Origin: Octopus vulgaris
Taxonomy: Eukaryota
Direction of reading: 5' to 3'
Length of the DNA stretch: 64,000 bases
NCBI GenBank assembly: GCA_951406725.2
Contig: OX597817.1
Span: 75,826,001 to 75,890,000 of the forward strand
The notes below the pieces were generated by a model. The model was not told the origin of the DNA, did not search any database, and worked only from the letters and a program-made list of their open reading frames with translations. The translations under genes were made by a program, and so were the position numbers. How positions within the stretch are numbered: the stretch's first letter is position 1; every line of letters starts with the position of its first letter. This document shows positions 27,375 to 41,728 of the stretch, in pieces.

Positions 27375-29448
27375 GACACAGAACGGTGAGGACGTGAGCA
27401 TTGAGCTCCGTCCTAAAAAGAAAAAAAAAGAACAAAAACAGAGAAGTTTGTCGAGGTAGGTGATTGTTTATTGTGAGCTGGGCATAATTTATTGTGTGCG
27501 AATTATTTTTTCAGTAAATTGTGTCCAGCTCTGGGACAATTTCGCTTGCTCTCGGCGGCTGCTGTTTTTGTGCATTGAGAATCTATTGGATTCATTTTTG
27601 GTGGGCGTATCCTCGTCTTCGGTTTACGTTGAGTGAATATTTTTCTCACTTAAGTATGAGAATTATTGCATGTATTGTGCCTTTTGAAGAACTTTAATAA
27701 TTGTGAGAATTGCTGTATGGGGGAGTGTTTTGCCTCCGAAGATTGAACAATTTGTATATCAATTTTTGTGGAAGTTGTGTTCCAGTTGTGGCGTTCCGGG
27801 TTCAACCTAGGCCGGGAGTACCGAATGGCCAGAAGATTTTTGCTGTGTTCCTGAACTATTGACTTTCTTCTAAACTTTATTTGACTTTCCCCTTTTTCGT
27901 TTATTGTGACTTTCTTTTAATTTCTTTTTTCTTCTCGCTTTTTAAGTTTTATTTTGAATATATTTCAAAAAAAAAAGAAAAGAAACATGGCAATGAAAAA
28001 TGACAAAATTTTGGAATGGGAGATTATACCGCCTAAAAAGTGGTTAAAAGACCGTGAAGATAGGACGGTGGTGTTGAGAACCTACTCCAAGGCACTCGAC
28101 ACCATCGCCCTATTCGAAAAGACGGCAATTGAAAAGGAGTTGGCAGAGTATTTGCCAACAATTAAATTCATTTCCAGGGTGTCAGATATGCAACGGTGTG
28201 GTTGCTATTTGACACCCCTGAAAAGGCTCGCAAATTTGCTAGTCAACCCCTGGAGGGTAAGGAAATTTTATTTCTTCCCACGTATCATGGGAAGAGGTTG
28301 ACGAAAGCTTGGATCTGCGGGCTGCCACCCGGGATAAAACCCGAGTGGATAGAGGAGACTATCCGCCGGGGTCTGGGTGGCAGCAGGACCAAGCTCCTTA
28401 ATGTGAAAGTTCTTTCTGCGGCTGTTTGGGTTGGGTCAAAAGCAATTTTGACCCTTTAGACACAATCAGTCAATCTGGTTTTTCCAGAAGTTTTGAAAAT
28501 GGCGGGGTGCAGGTACCCGGTGATACTTGAGGGTCGCCCCCTCCCCCAGGTGTCATCGGTGCCTGGAGTCCGGCCATATAAAGAAAAACTGTCCCCGGGA
28601 ACAAAATAAGATCCCGAAGCAGTTAAGTGAGACCCCTGTAGAAGAGGGAATGAAAACGGCCGAGGAAGCGGAGGACTCCTCAAACAGGGGCTGAAAGAGG
28701 AAGAAGGTGAGCAACAATGGGTGCTCACCAAAGAAGCATAGGGATGTGGAGGGAAAGGCGAATCTTCTGGCCACGGAAGAGACGCACCCTCCCTCAGTTG
28801 AAAAGAAAAAAAAGAGGAAGAGGAAGAGAAACGGGACATTGCCGGCAGTCGGTGACATAGTACCGGAATGTCCCGGACCTACGTCGGTTGGGGTTGTGCC
28901 ACAGACAGGAGAAGAAACACCGTTGGCGGGAACTGTGCCGCCAATGAATAATAGGCACTTCGCTTTCTTTCTGAACTCCCCGGCTGTCAACGTGGTCTGC
29001 TCTGCAGGCGGCTAGACTGGAGGTCCGGAAAGAGGAGGAAGGGAGAAGTGATAATGTATTTTTTATGTTTGATAGGACATGTTTAGATACGACTTGAGGG
29101 GCGCCGACCTAGAGCTGGCGCATTCCTAAGGGAAGTGTAAGCCAGATCTGGGAGGAGGGGCTTTGTGTATTGTATTTATATTATATGTAATCATTGAACT
29201 ATGTTGTTTGTCAGGACTGTTAAGTCCAAAAATTGAAAAGTTGTAAAAGTTGTAAGAGGTTTAATACCTCGTTTAGTGTTTGGTTTTAAAGAACAATGTT
29301 TTAGAGAAGCAGAAGTCGGCGGGCGCTTTTTGTCTTCTCCCATCCTTATCATCTTTCTTTCATTATCATTCATTTCATTAATGTCCTCGTCCAGCCCGCA
29401 AAGCTACTTTACTCTATGTACTGCCTTCATGGCAAATGTAATGAAATA
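27375..29448 (+). mobile_element. ORF1-only L1/Tx1-type non-autonomous retrotransposon with a 13-bp TSD
   Basis: TSD AAGAAGCTTGCTT at 27362-27374 and 29449-29461; 5' GGACGTG…GAGCTCC; 3' AATGAAATAA; no ORF2 motifs. Confidence 0.8.
27987..29015 (+). pseudogene. L1/Tx1 ORF1-like protein (RRM-like region + CCHC zinc knuckle), disrupted
   Basis: LLFDTPEKARKF…AWICGLPPGI…YPVILEGRP then CHRCLESGHIKKNC (CX2CX4HX4C, 28551-28592); frameshifts near 28185 and 28545, stop at 28457. Confidence 0.75.
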
Positions 29449-29587
29449 AAGAAGCTTGCTTCTCAGCTACGTGGTTCCAGGTTCAGTCCCACTGCGTAGC
29501 ACCATCAACAAGTGTCTTCTGCTATAGCCTCGGGTCGACCAAAGCCTTGTCAGTGGATTTGGCAGACGGAAACGGAAAAAAGCCCGT

Positions 29588-29778
29588 CAAATGACGCCAC
29601 CTCGCTGGCTAAGCGAGCAGGCTAAGAGAAGAAAGAGTGAGAGAAAGTTGTGGAGAAAGAGTACAGCAGGGATCGCCACCACCCCTGCCAGAGCGTCGTG
29701 AAGCTTTAGGTGTTTTTGCTCAATAAACACTCACAACGGCGGTTTGAGAATCGAAACCGCGATCCTACGACTGCGAGT

Positions 29779-29780
<2 letters not shown>
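29588..29780 (-). mobile_element. SINE family C variant 1, partial
   Basis: Matches 4870-5062. Confidence 0.8.
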
Positions 29781-29853
<73 letters not shown>

Positions 29854-30399
29854 TATGTACAGATGTATATATGTACATATGTACGAGTAAACATCTACGT
29901 CTGGATGTACATACCCCGAATTTCTTTTTTTACATGTTTTCTTATATTCATATGTTTACACCTATTTGTATACATCTTTTAATATCTTATAGCTATACCC
30001 ATATGCGCGTATGTCTCTGTGTGTGTATGTAAGTGTATATGTGCACGCACATATGGACACACAGCCGTATGTGCGTGCACGTGTAGACGTGAGTGCGTGA
30101 TTCTTTACATACGTTCTTATATACATCCTTTAATATCTTATATCTAAACCTGGAAGCGTGGGCATATGCGTATGTGTATGTAGGGATGGGCGCACGTATG
30201 TACATATGGGTGTGTACACGTATAGTGTCCGTGTATACATGCGGATATTCTGTTGTATGTATGTATATGTACGCGCGTGCGTGTGGGTGTGTGTGTGTTT
30301 ATGTACATGTTTACACGCGAGTGCGTGTGTATGCTTATAGGCTTGGAGGCGTATATGTACGCGTGTATATGGGTGTATGTATCCATGATGGTATGTATG

Positions 30400-31220
30400 T
30401 ACTAGATGACCAATTAATTCAAAGAACCAGATTAAACGCTCAACAGCTCTGATTTACAACACATTAGGTCCCCAGACGAAACTGTTGATTTATTGACACC
30501 CAAAACTTCTACAACTAAATTTTATCAATCTCCTGACCACCATGTTTGGTCCGTAACCTCTATACATCCCTTATCTTTATATTTTTTTATATTTTTTTAC
30601 ATTTTTATCATGTTTATTCCTATCTTTATTTTTTTACTTTTTACTTTTATTTCTATTTCTATTTTTACTTTATAACCTTATGCCTTTACATTTATTTATA
30701 TTTCTTTATATTTCTTTATATTCTTTATACCCCCTTTACATCTCCTTATATCTCTTTATATCTTTATGCTCTACATTTTTATATTTTTCTATACTTACAC
30801 TTTTTATACGTTTTTTATCCCTCGTCCTGAATTCTCGCCCTCCATCTTCACGTCTATATATGTATCTATTTATTTACATTACTTCAACATCCAAATTTCC
30901 TCATTCTACATTGAGAGAAGAAAGAGATGGACGCTTCAATTCTATGCTGCTGCCGCATTATGTCGTACGCGAATGAGAGGATTTGCATCCCCAACCAAGA
31001 ATTTTTGATGTAACACATGTCCTTGTGGAAGCTGTTGTGCGCGGCTGAAGAAGGCCACAGACATACATTATGCATTGTTATAAATCTGTCTAATAAAGGC
31101 CCGAAACATATGTACCGCTGAATCCTTCGCATCATGTTTTTATTTTGATCAATTTACTCCACCACCTACACCACCAAACGGTATACACAGGTGCTTATAA
31201 TTATCAAGTACTCACCCCGA

Positions 31221-31224
<4 letters not shown>
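30400..31224 (+). mobile_element. Probable PLE 3' end/pLTR ending at (TA)n
   Basis: Contains the HHR at 31041; LDDQLIQRTRLNAQ weakly resembles a PLE endonuclease terminus. Confidence 0.5.
31041..31118 (+). ncRNA. Type-I HHR (canonical CUGAAGA core, GUA site)
   Basis: GCGG-CTGAAGA-A-GGCC…GGCC-C-GAAAC-ATAT-GTA-CCGC; palindromic ACATATGT. Confidence 0.8.
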
Positions 31225-31282
<58 letters not shown>

Positions 31283-31286
31283 ATAC

Positions 31287-31666
31287 TCTTTTACTCTTTT
31301 ACTTGTTTCAGTCATCTGACTGTGGCCATGCTGGAGCACCGCCTGTAATCGAGCAAATCGAGCCCAGGACTTATTCTTTGTAAGCCTAGTACTTATTCTA
31401 TCGTTCTCTTTCGCTGAACCGCTAAGTTACGGGGACGTAAACACACCAGCATCGGTTGTCAAGCGATGTTGGGGAGACAAACACAGACACATATATATAT
31501 ATATACGACGGGCTTCTTTCAGTTTCCGTCTACCAAATCCACTCACAAGGCTTTGGTCGGCCCGAGGTTATCTATAGTACAAGACATTTGCCCAAGGTGC
31601 CACGCAGTGGGACAGAACCCAGAACCATGTAGTTCATAAGCAAGCTACTTACCACACAGTCACTCC

Positions 31667-31668
<2 letters not shown>
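31287..31668 (-). mobile_element. SINE family A
   Basis: Match to family consensus. Confidence 0.9.
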
Positions 31669-31707
<39 letters not shown>

Positions 31708-31967
31708 GTGTGTGTCTATGTGTCCTCCCATCACCACCTGACAACCTCTGTGTGTGTGTATGCTTTCGTCCACGTAACCTAGCTGGATCCGACTGGAATG
31801 AAAATAAAATTACAAAAAGAAGAGTATGAATTTTATAAAATAAGCACAACTAAAAGACCATACACTAAACACATATCAAGCATGATAAATAAAAGTGAGC
31901 TTTTAAGAAATTATCCGATTTCGATGAAATTCATAATTGATTCTGGGGTACCATGTGTATATATATA

Positions 31968-33114
<1,147 letters not shown>

Positions 33115-33332
33115 GCAGATATGTACATATACATATATAGTGCGCACAAAATACACACATATATATCTGTATATGTTTATACGTGTGAAGATAGAGGATT
33201 GCACATGCATATGAACAATGTGTATGTGTTTGTATATATGCGTGTGCCTGTGCAAACATGCATGTACAGGCATACGCAAATAAGCACGTTTGTATTTATA
33301 AAAAAATATAGAAATATACCTATATATGTATA

Positions 33333-33367
<35 letters not shown>

Positions 33368-34059
33368 GAGTGAGTGTATATGAGTGAGTGTATGTGTGTG
33401 TGTGAGCGTGTATGTATAGCCTCTACGCATGTATTGTTTGTTTCCATGATAGGAACCAAGTGAAGACTACACAATACATGTATCATACCTGCTAATTGTA
33501 TTATCACCTAAAGATGCATGTGTGTATACAGTGATGATTCAAATGCTCCCATCATCTTTAGATATGGTTTCAACGAAGCTACTGGAGGAGAATTAGCAAT
33601 TGAATAAATAAATAAACAAATAATTAAACGTACACAATAAAAAGCGTAGAAAAAACGGTTTGTTTTTTAATTGTGTATCAGCATGCGTCATTGTTTTAAT
33701 CCACCAGGTATAACTTCATTGCCTTATGGTTCGGTATGGTTTCTGTTGAATTTTAGTCTTTAAAATACTTTTCTTACTATGCTGAAATGTCGTACCACAG
33801 CATTATACATTCTGAATTAGTGTAGCTCTAAGATATATTTTTATCCTCCGTTTTAAACAAAATCCCATATCTTGTAGTATATGAAGACTGACGGTATAGT
33901 TCAACCAACATATCTATCTATCTATCAATCTATCTAACGATCCCTATTGATCGATTTTTTCTTTTTCCTTTTATCCCCCCCTTTTAATCCCCCAAAAGAA
34001 AAGCTCTACCTTGTAATTTGTCCCGTCTGTGTGCAGCCCTGTGTGGCTCTTAAACAAAC

Positions 34060-34197
<138 letters not shown>

Positions 34198-34227
34198 GTG
34201 CACGCACACAAATATATGTATGTACAT

Positions 34228-34470
34228 AATGTAACCACACGTGGACAGTTGTTGATTTTTCTTTTTTCCTTCTTCTCTGGACTTTTCCATTTCTCCTTTC
34301 CGGCGAGGAGCCATGCTCGAAACGTTGATAACTCTCTTGTTTCACTGAGCGTCAAAACTAATGTAATTCCTGTGTATCTCGTCACGTTCGTCTTTTTTTC
34401 TCTTTTCGTTTTTTTCTCTTTTCGTTTTTTTCTCTCTTCGCTTTCTGAATTGTTTGTTCGTTGAATTGAC
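34228..34470 (+). mobile_element. pLTR-like unit with degenerate HHR (34296-34330, CCGGCGA core)
   Basis: CCGGCGA-G-GAGC-CAT-GCTC-GAAAC-GTT; flanks resemble the 44340 and 48605 units. Confidence 0.55.
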
Positions 34471-34826
34471 CATATATATAGGTTTTTAGGGAAAAATCCT
34501 AGGCGTTTCCCCTTGAAACAAGTTTATTCCATTATCACAATCAATAAGTATCCATAGTTAATGTCTTAAGTAAATCCAAAACACATGTAAGGAAATTTCT
34601 TACATGTCTATATAGCATGTAAATCGTTTTAATTCCTATTAGCAAATGAAACACGTGTAATGGAGAAAAATACTACCAAAAGAATGCTATTTATCCTGAT
34701 ATATATATATATATATATATATGTATAGATGTACATACATGCATAATACATACATATATACATACATGTATTCATACATACATACATCCACACATACATA
34801 CATACATACATACATACATACATACA

Positions 34827-34882
<56 letters not shown>

Positions 34883-34884
34883 TG

Positions 34885-34923
<39 letters not shown>

Positions 34924-34991
34924 GCATATATATACGTTAATGAATTTGTGTTGCAAGATTCCTGATGTGAAACCGTGTGTTGAGAAGTTAT

Positions 34992-35708
34992 TGTTGTATT
35001 TCGGGATGGTCATCTATATATGTTTATATATATATATACAAACAGTATAATACACACACAATAGAGACATATTCACATACCCATGATAAATATAATAAAT
35101 AGAGATAAATAGGTAAACACACCCACAAAGAACTGTATAAAGGGTACGGATACAAACAACATAGTGGGCAAACCTATATGCACACACAAACACACATACA
35201 GGAACTTCACACACAGCCGCATTTACATCAACAACGCGACCAACAATGACAACAACAACAACAACTACCACGATGACAGCAGCGTGGGTGACCACACATT
35301 CACAGAGAAATGCAGTAACGGTAGACGGTACCAATAGTCAGGGTCAACGGCACCAACAGCGGTTAAGAGGGAGAGGAGGGGTTACGGAGGGTAATAATGT
35401 TACTACGAACAACGAAACATACACACATAGGTACAAACACACGCATGTTCTCTCTCACACACACACTAAAATACAGACGCAAACGCACGCACATATGTAA
35501 GGATACACTTCATAGAACAGAATAGACTAAGCGGAGTAGGAGTACACACGAGGACGGAAGTGTCAATGAGGCGGTCACAGATGTGTAACGAAAGATTAAT
35601 GGACAATGGACAAGAGTTAAAATAAGAACAGTAATAAATGAGCGAAGAACAAATATATAGTGCTTGCCTTTACTTGGCAAAAAATGTGATGGTCGCGCAA
35701 TACAAGAA
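34992..35708. mobile_element. Interspersed repeat, possibly a TGT…ACA-ended TIR element
   Basis: 35500-35705 is similar to 48366-48592; motif TGTTGTATTTCGGGATGGTCAT at 34992, at 59056 and inverted at 48568-48590. Confidence 0.5.
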
Positions 35709-35778
35709 TATATATATATATACACAAACACACATAGATACATTCATAATATATATGTATAAGACGTATGTATGTATG

Positions 35779-35815
<37 letters not shown>

Positions 35816-35816
35816 A

Positions 35817-36329
35817 CTAGCAGTATCGCCCGGCGTTGCTCGGGTTTGTAAGGCAAATAACTATATAAGCATTTTAGAGAGTTACTTCCCTTATAGATGC
35901 CAATTTGGGCTTTCTTAGCCATTACTGTTTTGGTGTCTTCAAGCCATGAAGTCGTTGTTCTAAAAGAACGCTGGTCTCCTTGACAACACTTTACGACGTT
36001 AATTTCTTTACACTCCCTTCCCCACAGCTTCACGAGGGAGGGAAGAAGGGGGAGAAGCAAACAGGTGCAGGTGTGACCATGGACGCCAACTCCGCCGCCA
36101 TCGGCACACGAAAAATTATGCATTAAAATGGAATAAAAAATGATGTTAAATTATTTTTAAAATCGTAGACTCATCGTAGACGCGCGCTAATACTCAGACG
36201 GGCTCGATATGAATCACGACTATAAGATACCCGAATTTGGTTAAACTGCACCGCAAAAATGTGGGAGTAGTTAGGAATCTAAATCGAAGGGGACAGACAC
36301 TCACACAACTACAGTTTTATATATATAGA
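35817..36329 (-). mobile_element. Non-autonomous Helitron (~513 bp)
   Basis: Minus strand starts A|TC, ends with hairpin CCCGAGCAACGCCGGG plus CTAG|T; no TSD. Confidence 0.85.
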
Positions 36330-36389
36330 TATATATATACATATATATACGTATACATACATATATATTTATATATATATATATATATT

Positions 36390-36433
<44 letters not shown>

Positions 36434-36490
36434 TAAACACATATGTGTACGTATCCGTATATATATATGTGTGTGTGTATGTATATATTT

Positions 36491-36522
<32 letters not shown>

Positions 36523-36670
36523 AATATATGTCTTATATATATACATATATATGCTAATACATACGTATACATTCATATGAGTTTATATATATATAATGTA
36601 TATATACATATATGCATATATACATACATATCTGTACATACATATATATGTATATACATATGCGTATATG

Positions 36671-36915
36671 GGTACAGGACTTCATAAAACGTAAACAACA
36701 TGAAATGAACTTTTTTCGCGAACAACGAAAGAAACAAATGGAAAACAAGACAAGTAACATGAAGAACGACCCTACATATATTGCTAGCTGTTTATCTACT
36801 CCACATTTCGAGTAATTACGACAAGATGTGTCTCCGAGAAAACATTTGTTCCCACAAAGCAAAATAAAATTTGCGATTTGCAGAGAGTCAAAGCTGGTAA
36901 CAAAGACAGGACAGT
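36671..36915. repeat. Interspersed repeat, direct copy of 38677-38936
   Basis: GGTACAGGAC.TCAT.AAAC.TAAACAACA…TTTATCTACTCCACATTTCGAG…CAGGACAG in both. Confidence 0.85.
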
Positions 36916-37940
36916 AAAAGCAAACAGGAACTCTGATAAGCCATAACGAGATGCGTTGGCGAACGCTGGAGGAACAAGCTTTGACATAAGAACAAGCTTT
37001 GATAGGAGAGGAGACAGGCAAGAATACGTATGATTTGTGTGACAAATTAAAAGGAAAGAAAGAATCTCAAGTTAGCAAAAGAAAGATGGCCGATGGCGAC
37101 GTGTGAGCAACGAGAGAGTAAAGGAGGAAAAGTGAGAAAGCGAGAGGGATAGATATAGAACGATGAAGGGCAGATGAAAAGAATTAAAGAAAGGAAGAGA
37201 GAGGAAACGAAAAGTGAGAGAGAGAGAACAGTACAGAAAGTCGCATCAAAATTATTAAGATAAACTTACTTGGAAATGGGTGTGTGGCGTTCAATAATAT
37301 AATAATATAATATATATATATGCATATATAATACATATATGTACATATATATATATTAATGGGTACTGCCTAATTGCTAATGCAATTAATAAATGCGTTG
37401 TTAAGGATGAGGATAATATAGATAAATTTTATATAGGTAGTACACTAAATTTTAAGGCTAGGTATAGGGCCCGCATGAGCTCGTTTTCAAATGAAAAATA
37501 CTATAGCTCTACCACACTTGCATCTTATATACACGATCTAAAGAGGAATAATAAGAGTTATTCCCTGGAATAGTCCATTATTTCGGGAGCCCCTTACTTC
37601 AGAGTAGATATAAATAAGTGCAAGTTGTGTATGAAGGAATTCCTTGCCATCCTTAAGTCTTTTGGGTCTAAAACTTTGAATAGATTCACTGAGGTGATGC
37701 CATTTTGCAACCATAGGTTTTCGTCCACCTTTTTGAAAGTATATAAAAATATAAGTAGATGTAATAAAATTGTTTAGCGTTACAGGGATTTGAATTTGGC
37801 GCGGTTGAATTTCTGTTAACTACAGTCACCTGAGTCTTTAGCAATAGGCTTTTTGTTTTTGTAAATTTGAACTGATCCGCTAATGGGTCGTTCTTTTAAG
37901 TTATATAAGCTCGAACTGTGCGTGTTTCATGTTTCCTGTT

Positions 37941-38022
37941 TATCCAGATGAGGAGGTCATCGCCGTGATGCACTTTAGTGTAAATAAACTGCGTTGGTGA
38001 GCTCCCGAAATAGCCATAGATA
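37941..38022 (+). ncRNA. Degenerate type-I HHR with long stem II
   Basis: TATC-CAGATGA-GGAGGTCATCGCCG…CGTTGGTGAGCTCC-C-GAAAT-AGCC-ATA-GATA. Confidence 0.45.
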
Positions 38023-38676
38023 TATCTGAATGTTGAATTTGACTTGTGAAGTTTGCTATTTGGACGGACTTGTGTCAGGGGAGTAAAATACTTTTTTCAA
38101 GATGTATGTGAATTTGACCTGTGGAAGTCTGTTTACTTGTGAACTTTGGACGTACTTATGTGAGGGAAGTAAAAGACTTTTCCAAATAATTTTTCAAATA
38201 TCAAAAAAGAAATTTTTCTAAATATTTTAATCGTCTGATAAAACTTCTTTCGTCGGTGGATATTTATTTTATTTTATTTTTACCTTTTTATATTTTATAT
38301 TTGCGTATTAGGTTTTATGGTAGTTTTTGAAGTTTTAGCCGTTTATAGGCCGTTCTATTTGTATTTTATAGGCCGTTGTATTTGTATTTTATTCGATTAT
38401 ATATTTTTACCTTCTGTGATTTTATGTATATGTATTATTTTTATGTGTTTGAGAACCGTGGTGATTTTTATATATGATTAAATGTTTGAGGGGTGGTGTT
38501 GTATATAAAGTCGTTGACCCAAATTTAATGAGTGTTTTATAAGCAATGCTTCTTTATCTTCGTCTCATTTATATTTGAGCACTTCTTTTGCTGTCCTACA
38601 AACCATTTCGTTTCTGTAAAAGAGACAAATATTTTTTCTTGTTGTATACATATATATATATACATATGCATATATA

Positions 38677-38936
38677 GGTACAGGACGTCATGAAACATAA
38701 ACAACAGGAAATACGAAAACATGGAATACACACTTTTTTGCGAACAACGAAAGAAACAAATAGAAAACAAGACAAGTAACATAAAGAACGACCCTTCATC
38801 AGTTGTCGGTTGTTTATCTACTCCACATTTCGAGCAATTACGACAAGATGTATCTTCAAGAAAACAGTTGCTTCCGCAAAGCAAGATAAAATTTGCGATT
38901 TGCGGAGGGTCAAAGTTGGTAATAAAATCAGGACAG
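38677..38936. repeat. Interspersed repeat, direct copy of 36671-36915
   Basis: See 36671. Confidence 0.85.
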
Positions 38937-39189
38937 CCTACTATATCCTTAGAAATTAAAATACATGGGAAACCTAAAAGGGAACCTGATTCTTCTTCTT
39001 TATCAAAACTTTATCGCTATCATAACAACCGCTAACAATAATATATAATGGTGGTTCATATGACTGAAATGTTCTAGACAATTACAGTCAGCCTGGCGTA
39101 TTAATAAGCATTTACCTACACGTCATATAAAATCACAAACTGTCTAGCCAAGTGAAATTTATAATTATTTTATACCCATATCAATATGC

Positions 39190-40770
39190 AACCATCAGTA
39201 AAAAGAAAAAAAATATGAGTCTAGTTTCAAATTGAAAGATATAGCAGGAGCCAAGTGTTCGAACAATTGTGCTGCTGCTAGAACATTTGATGTTACTGAG
39301 AATATGGTAGGAGAGTGGAGAGAGGATGAGGAAAGATTAAGACAAATGCTCAAAGAAAACTGTGCAATGAGAAGAGGAAGTACTCGTTGGCCGAAATTGG
39401 AAAATGATGTAGCAGAATGGCTACTCCAGCAGAAGCAAGAAGGCTACATTGTAGCACGAAATAAAGTAAGAACTTATGCCCTAAAATGGGATAAATTGTA
39501 TAAAGAAGAAAGTAAAGATTTAAAGCAACGGTAAGGGAGAAAATAAAAATTGCCCCAAAGCTCACGAGAGATCTCGATCACAAAGTAACCAGTTTTCACC
39601 AGTTCGTCATCCAGCTGAGAAAAAAGGTATCCGTTTCCATTGTCTTATGTTGTAAATATGGATGAAACGCCAATAAATTTGGCATACGAAACGAACGCAG
39701 TTGGTTGGTTTAGGATATATTTCGTAGCCACGCAACGGCAAATACTAAAACCCGATTATCCAAAACCAATACTGATATTGCTATAATTCTTGGTGGTTTG
39801 ACTTCTATACTGCAACCACTAAATGTCAGTTTAAACAAACCATTTAAAGATAATATGAGAGAGCAAAGGAATGACTGGATGATAAATGAAGATAAATATT
39901 TTACAAAAGGTGGAGCTAATCGTGCTGCCTCACTTGTTGTTCTCTGTGATTTTGTTTCAAAACATGGGATAAAGTTAAAATAGAAAATGTGATAAAATCA
40001 TTTTAAAAATGTGGTATCTCCAATGCCATCGATGGTGCCAAAGATGATATTCTGCACAATAGCGACGACGAAGTCGAAGTCGATTCACAAGAATCAGCCT
40101 GGAATCCTTACGATGATGCCATATGTGATGAGTCTTGTGATATGTATGAGAAACTTTGAGAAACATAGTGATGATTGTGAGGAATTTGATGAGTTCAAGA
40201 TAAATACATGTGGCAGGCTTTATTAATATTATTTATCTTGATAGGAAATAATAAAAAAATTATAGTGCCTTATGTTCTAATTGTACCGACTAAAATAATT
40301 TTGTTGAAAAATAAAGGCTGTGTGTAATCCAAATTGTATTATTTATCTACAAATGATATTTCATGAAAAATATAAATATGTTATTCTAAATGTTATTACT
40401 ACAGTTATACTTCGCCGTTAACATTTTTGAAAGGTTAGCGAAAGATAAAGGTTATTGTGAGCGCAACCATAACTCGATGTTTATATTTTCTCAGCTGAGT
40501 TCTCATAGAAAGAAGTTGATTTCGATGATATAGAAATATATCTCTCGAATTGGCTATTTATTATGAAGATATGCCGATAATATATAAAGTAAAAGTGTTT
40601 TGATTACCTATAATGTAATTTTTTTCTAATTTTGTAAATCTGTTCACGAATGTTTACAGGCGAATGTTTGTCGATTGATTACCCTCTCCATTTTCTTAAG
40701 ACGACCCCACATTTTTAGCATAAATTTTAGGATAGTCTTATATGGTCGTCTTATACGTGGAAATATACAG
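39190..40770 (+). mobile_element. pogo/Tigger-type transposon remnant with 3' TIR
   Basis: SFKLK…NNCAAARTFDV…RWPKLENDVAEW (BrkDBD/CENP-B-like HTH), NMDETP, GGLTSILQPLNVSLNKPFK, KCGIS; TIR GTCGTCTTATACGTGGAAATATACAG|TA. Confidence 0.8.
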
Positions 40771-40780
40771 TACACACACA

Positions 40781-40821
<41 letters not shown>

Positions 40822-40823
<2 letters not shown>

Positions 40824-40868
40824 TTACTATCCCTTAGATGGTTCCTTAACCCCTAACTAATACAGATA

Positions 40869-40901
<33 letters not shown>

Positions 40902-40943
40902 TTACTATCCCTTAGATGGTTCCTTAAACTCTAACTAATACAG

Positions 40944-40989
<46 letters not shown>

Positions 40990-41031
40990 TTATTATCCCT
41001 TAGATGGTTCCTTAACCTCTAACTAATACAG

Positions 41032-41062
<31 letters not shown>

Positions 41063-41112
41063 TATATTTATTATCCCTTAGATGGTTCCTTAACCTCTAA
41101 CTAATACAGATA
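40822..41112. repeat. Four tandem ~47-bp units separated by (TA)n; inverted copies of 41221-41268
   Basis: TTTA(C/T)TATCCCTTAGATGGTTCCTTAAC.TCTAACTAATACAGAT x4. Confidence 0.9.
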
Positions 41113-41584
41113 TATATATGTATATATATGTACATATATATATATACATATATATATATACATACATATATATATATATATATATGTATGCATATATATG
41201 TACATATATATACATATATATATTTGTATTAGTTAGAGGTTAAGGAACCATCTAAGGGATAGTAAATATCCAATATACTACTGGATGCATACCTACGTTT
41301 TTATATCCAAGTGCTTACTATTGCAGAGCAATATTGCAATTGAATACTAGGTATGGATGGGGGTAAACCAGAAATTTACGCAGGATTTATAAAGCAAATA
41401 AGAAAATGGCGAGGATAAACAATCGAAAAACATCAGCCTGTAAACATTCAATTATATCTATTTATTAATTGATTACAATTATATGTGTGATCCAAATAAA
41501 CGAATGAAATTAGCAAATAAATAAGTAAATGAATAGATAAATAAAAATGAACGAATGATAATAAATGCGTGTACAAATACTAAA

Positions 41585-41728
41585 CTCTTACAGCTGGTTC
41601 TACCATGAGGTTGCCCAATCTTCCAAGTTTTCCACATCACGCCAGTGATATACAGGGATTTTACAAAGGTGGAACAAACATTGGACAAGGGTTGGACAAT
41701 GGTTGAACCCCAAGGCTTCATCAGAAAG
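41585..41728 (-). ncRNA. Type-I HHR with ~115-nt stem II (A15.1 mutated)
   Basis: CTTT-CTGATGA-A-GCCTTGGGGTT…AACCTCATGGT-A-GAACC-AGCT-GTA-AGAG. Confidence 0.55.

Noticed and set aside
38785-38835. CTGATGAAGGG preceded by GCTCGAAA (minus) as a type-II HHR
   Set aside because: Stem I cannot form, and the second copy of the repeat (36770) lacks the core.
40822-41112. Repeat-spacer array superficially like CRISPR
   Set aside because: Spacers are only (TA)n, context is eukaryotic, and no cas genes are present.
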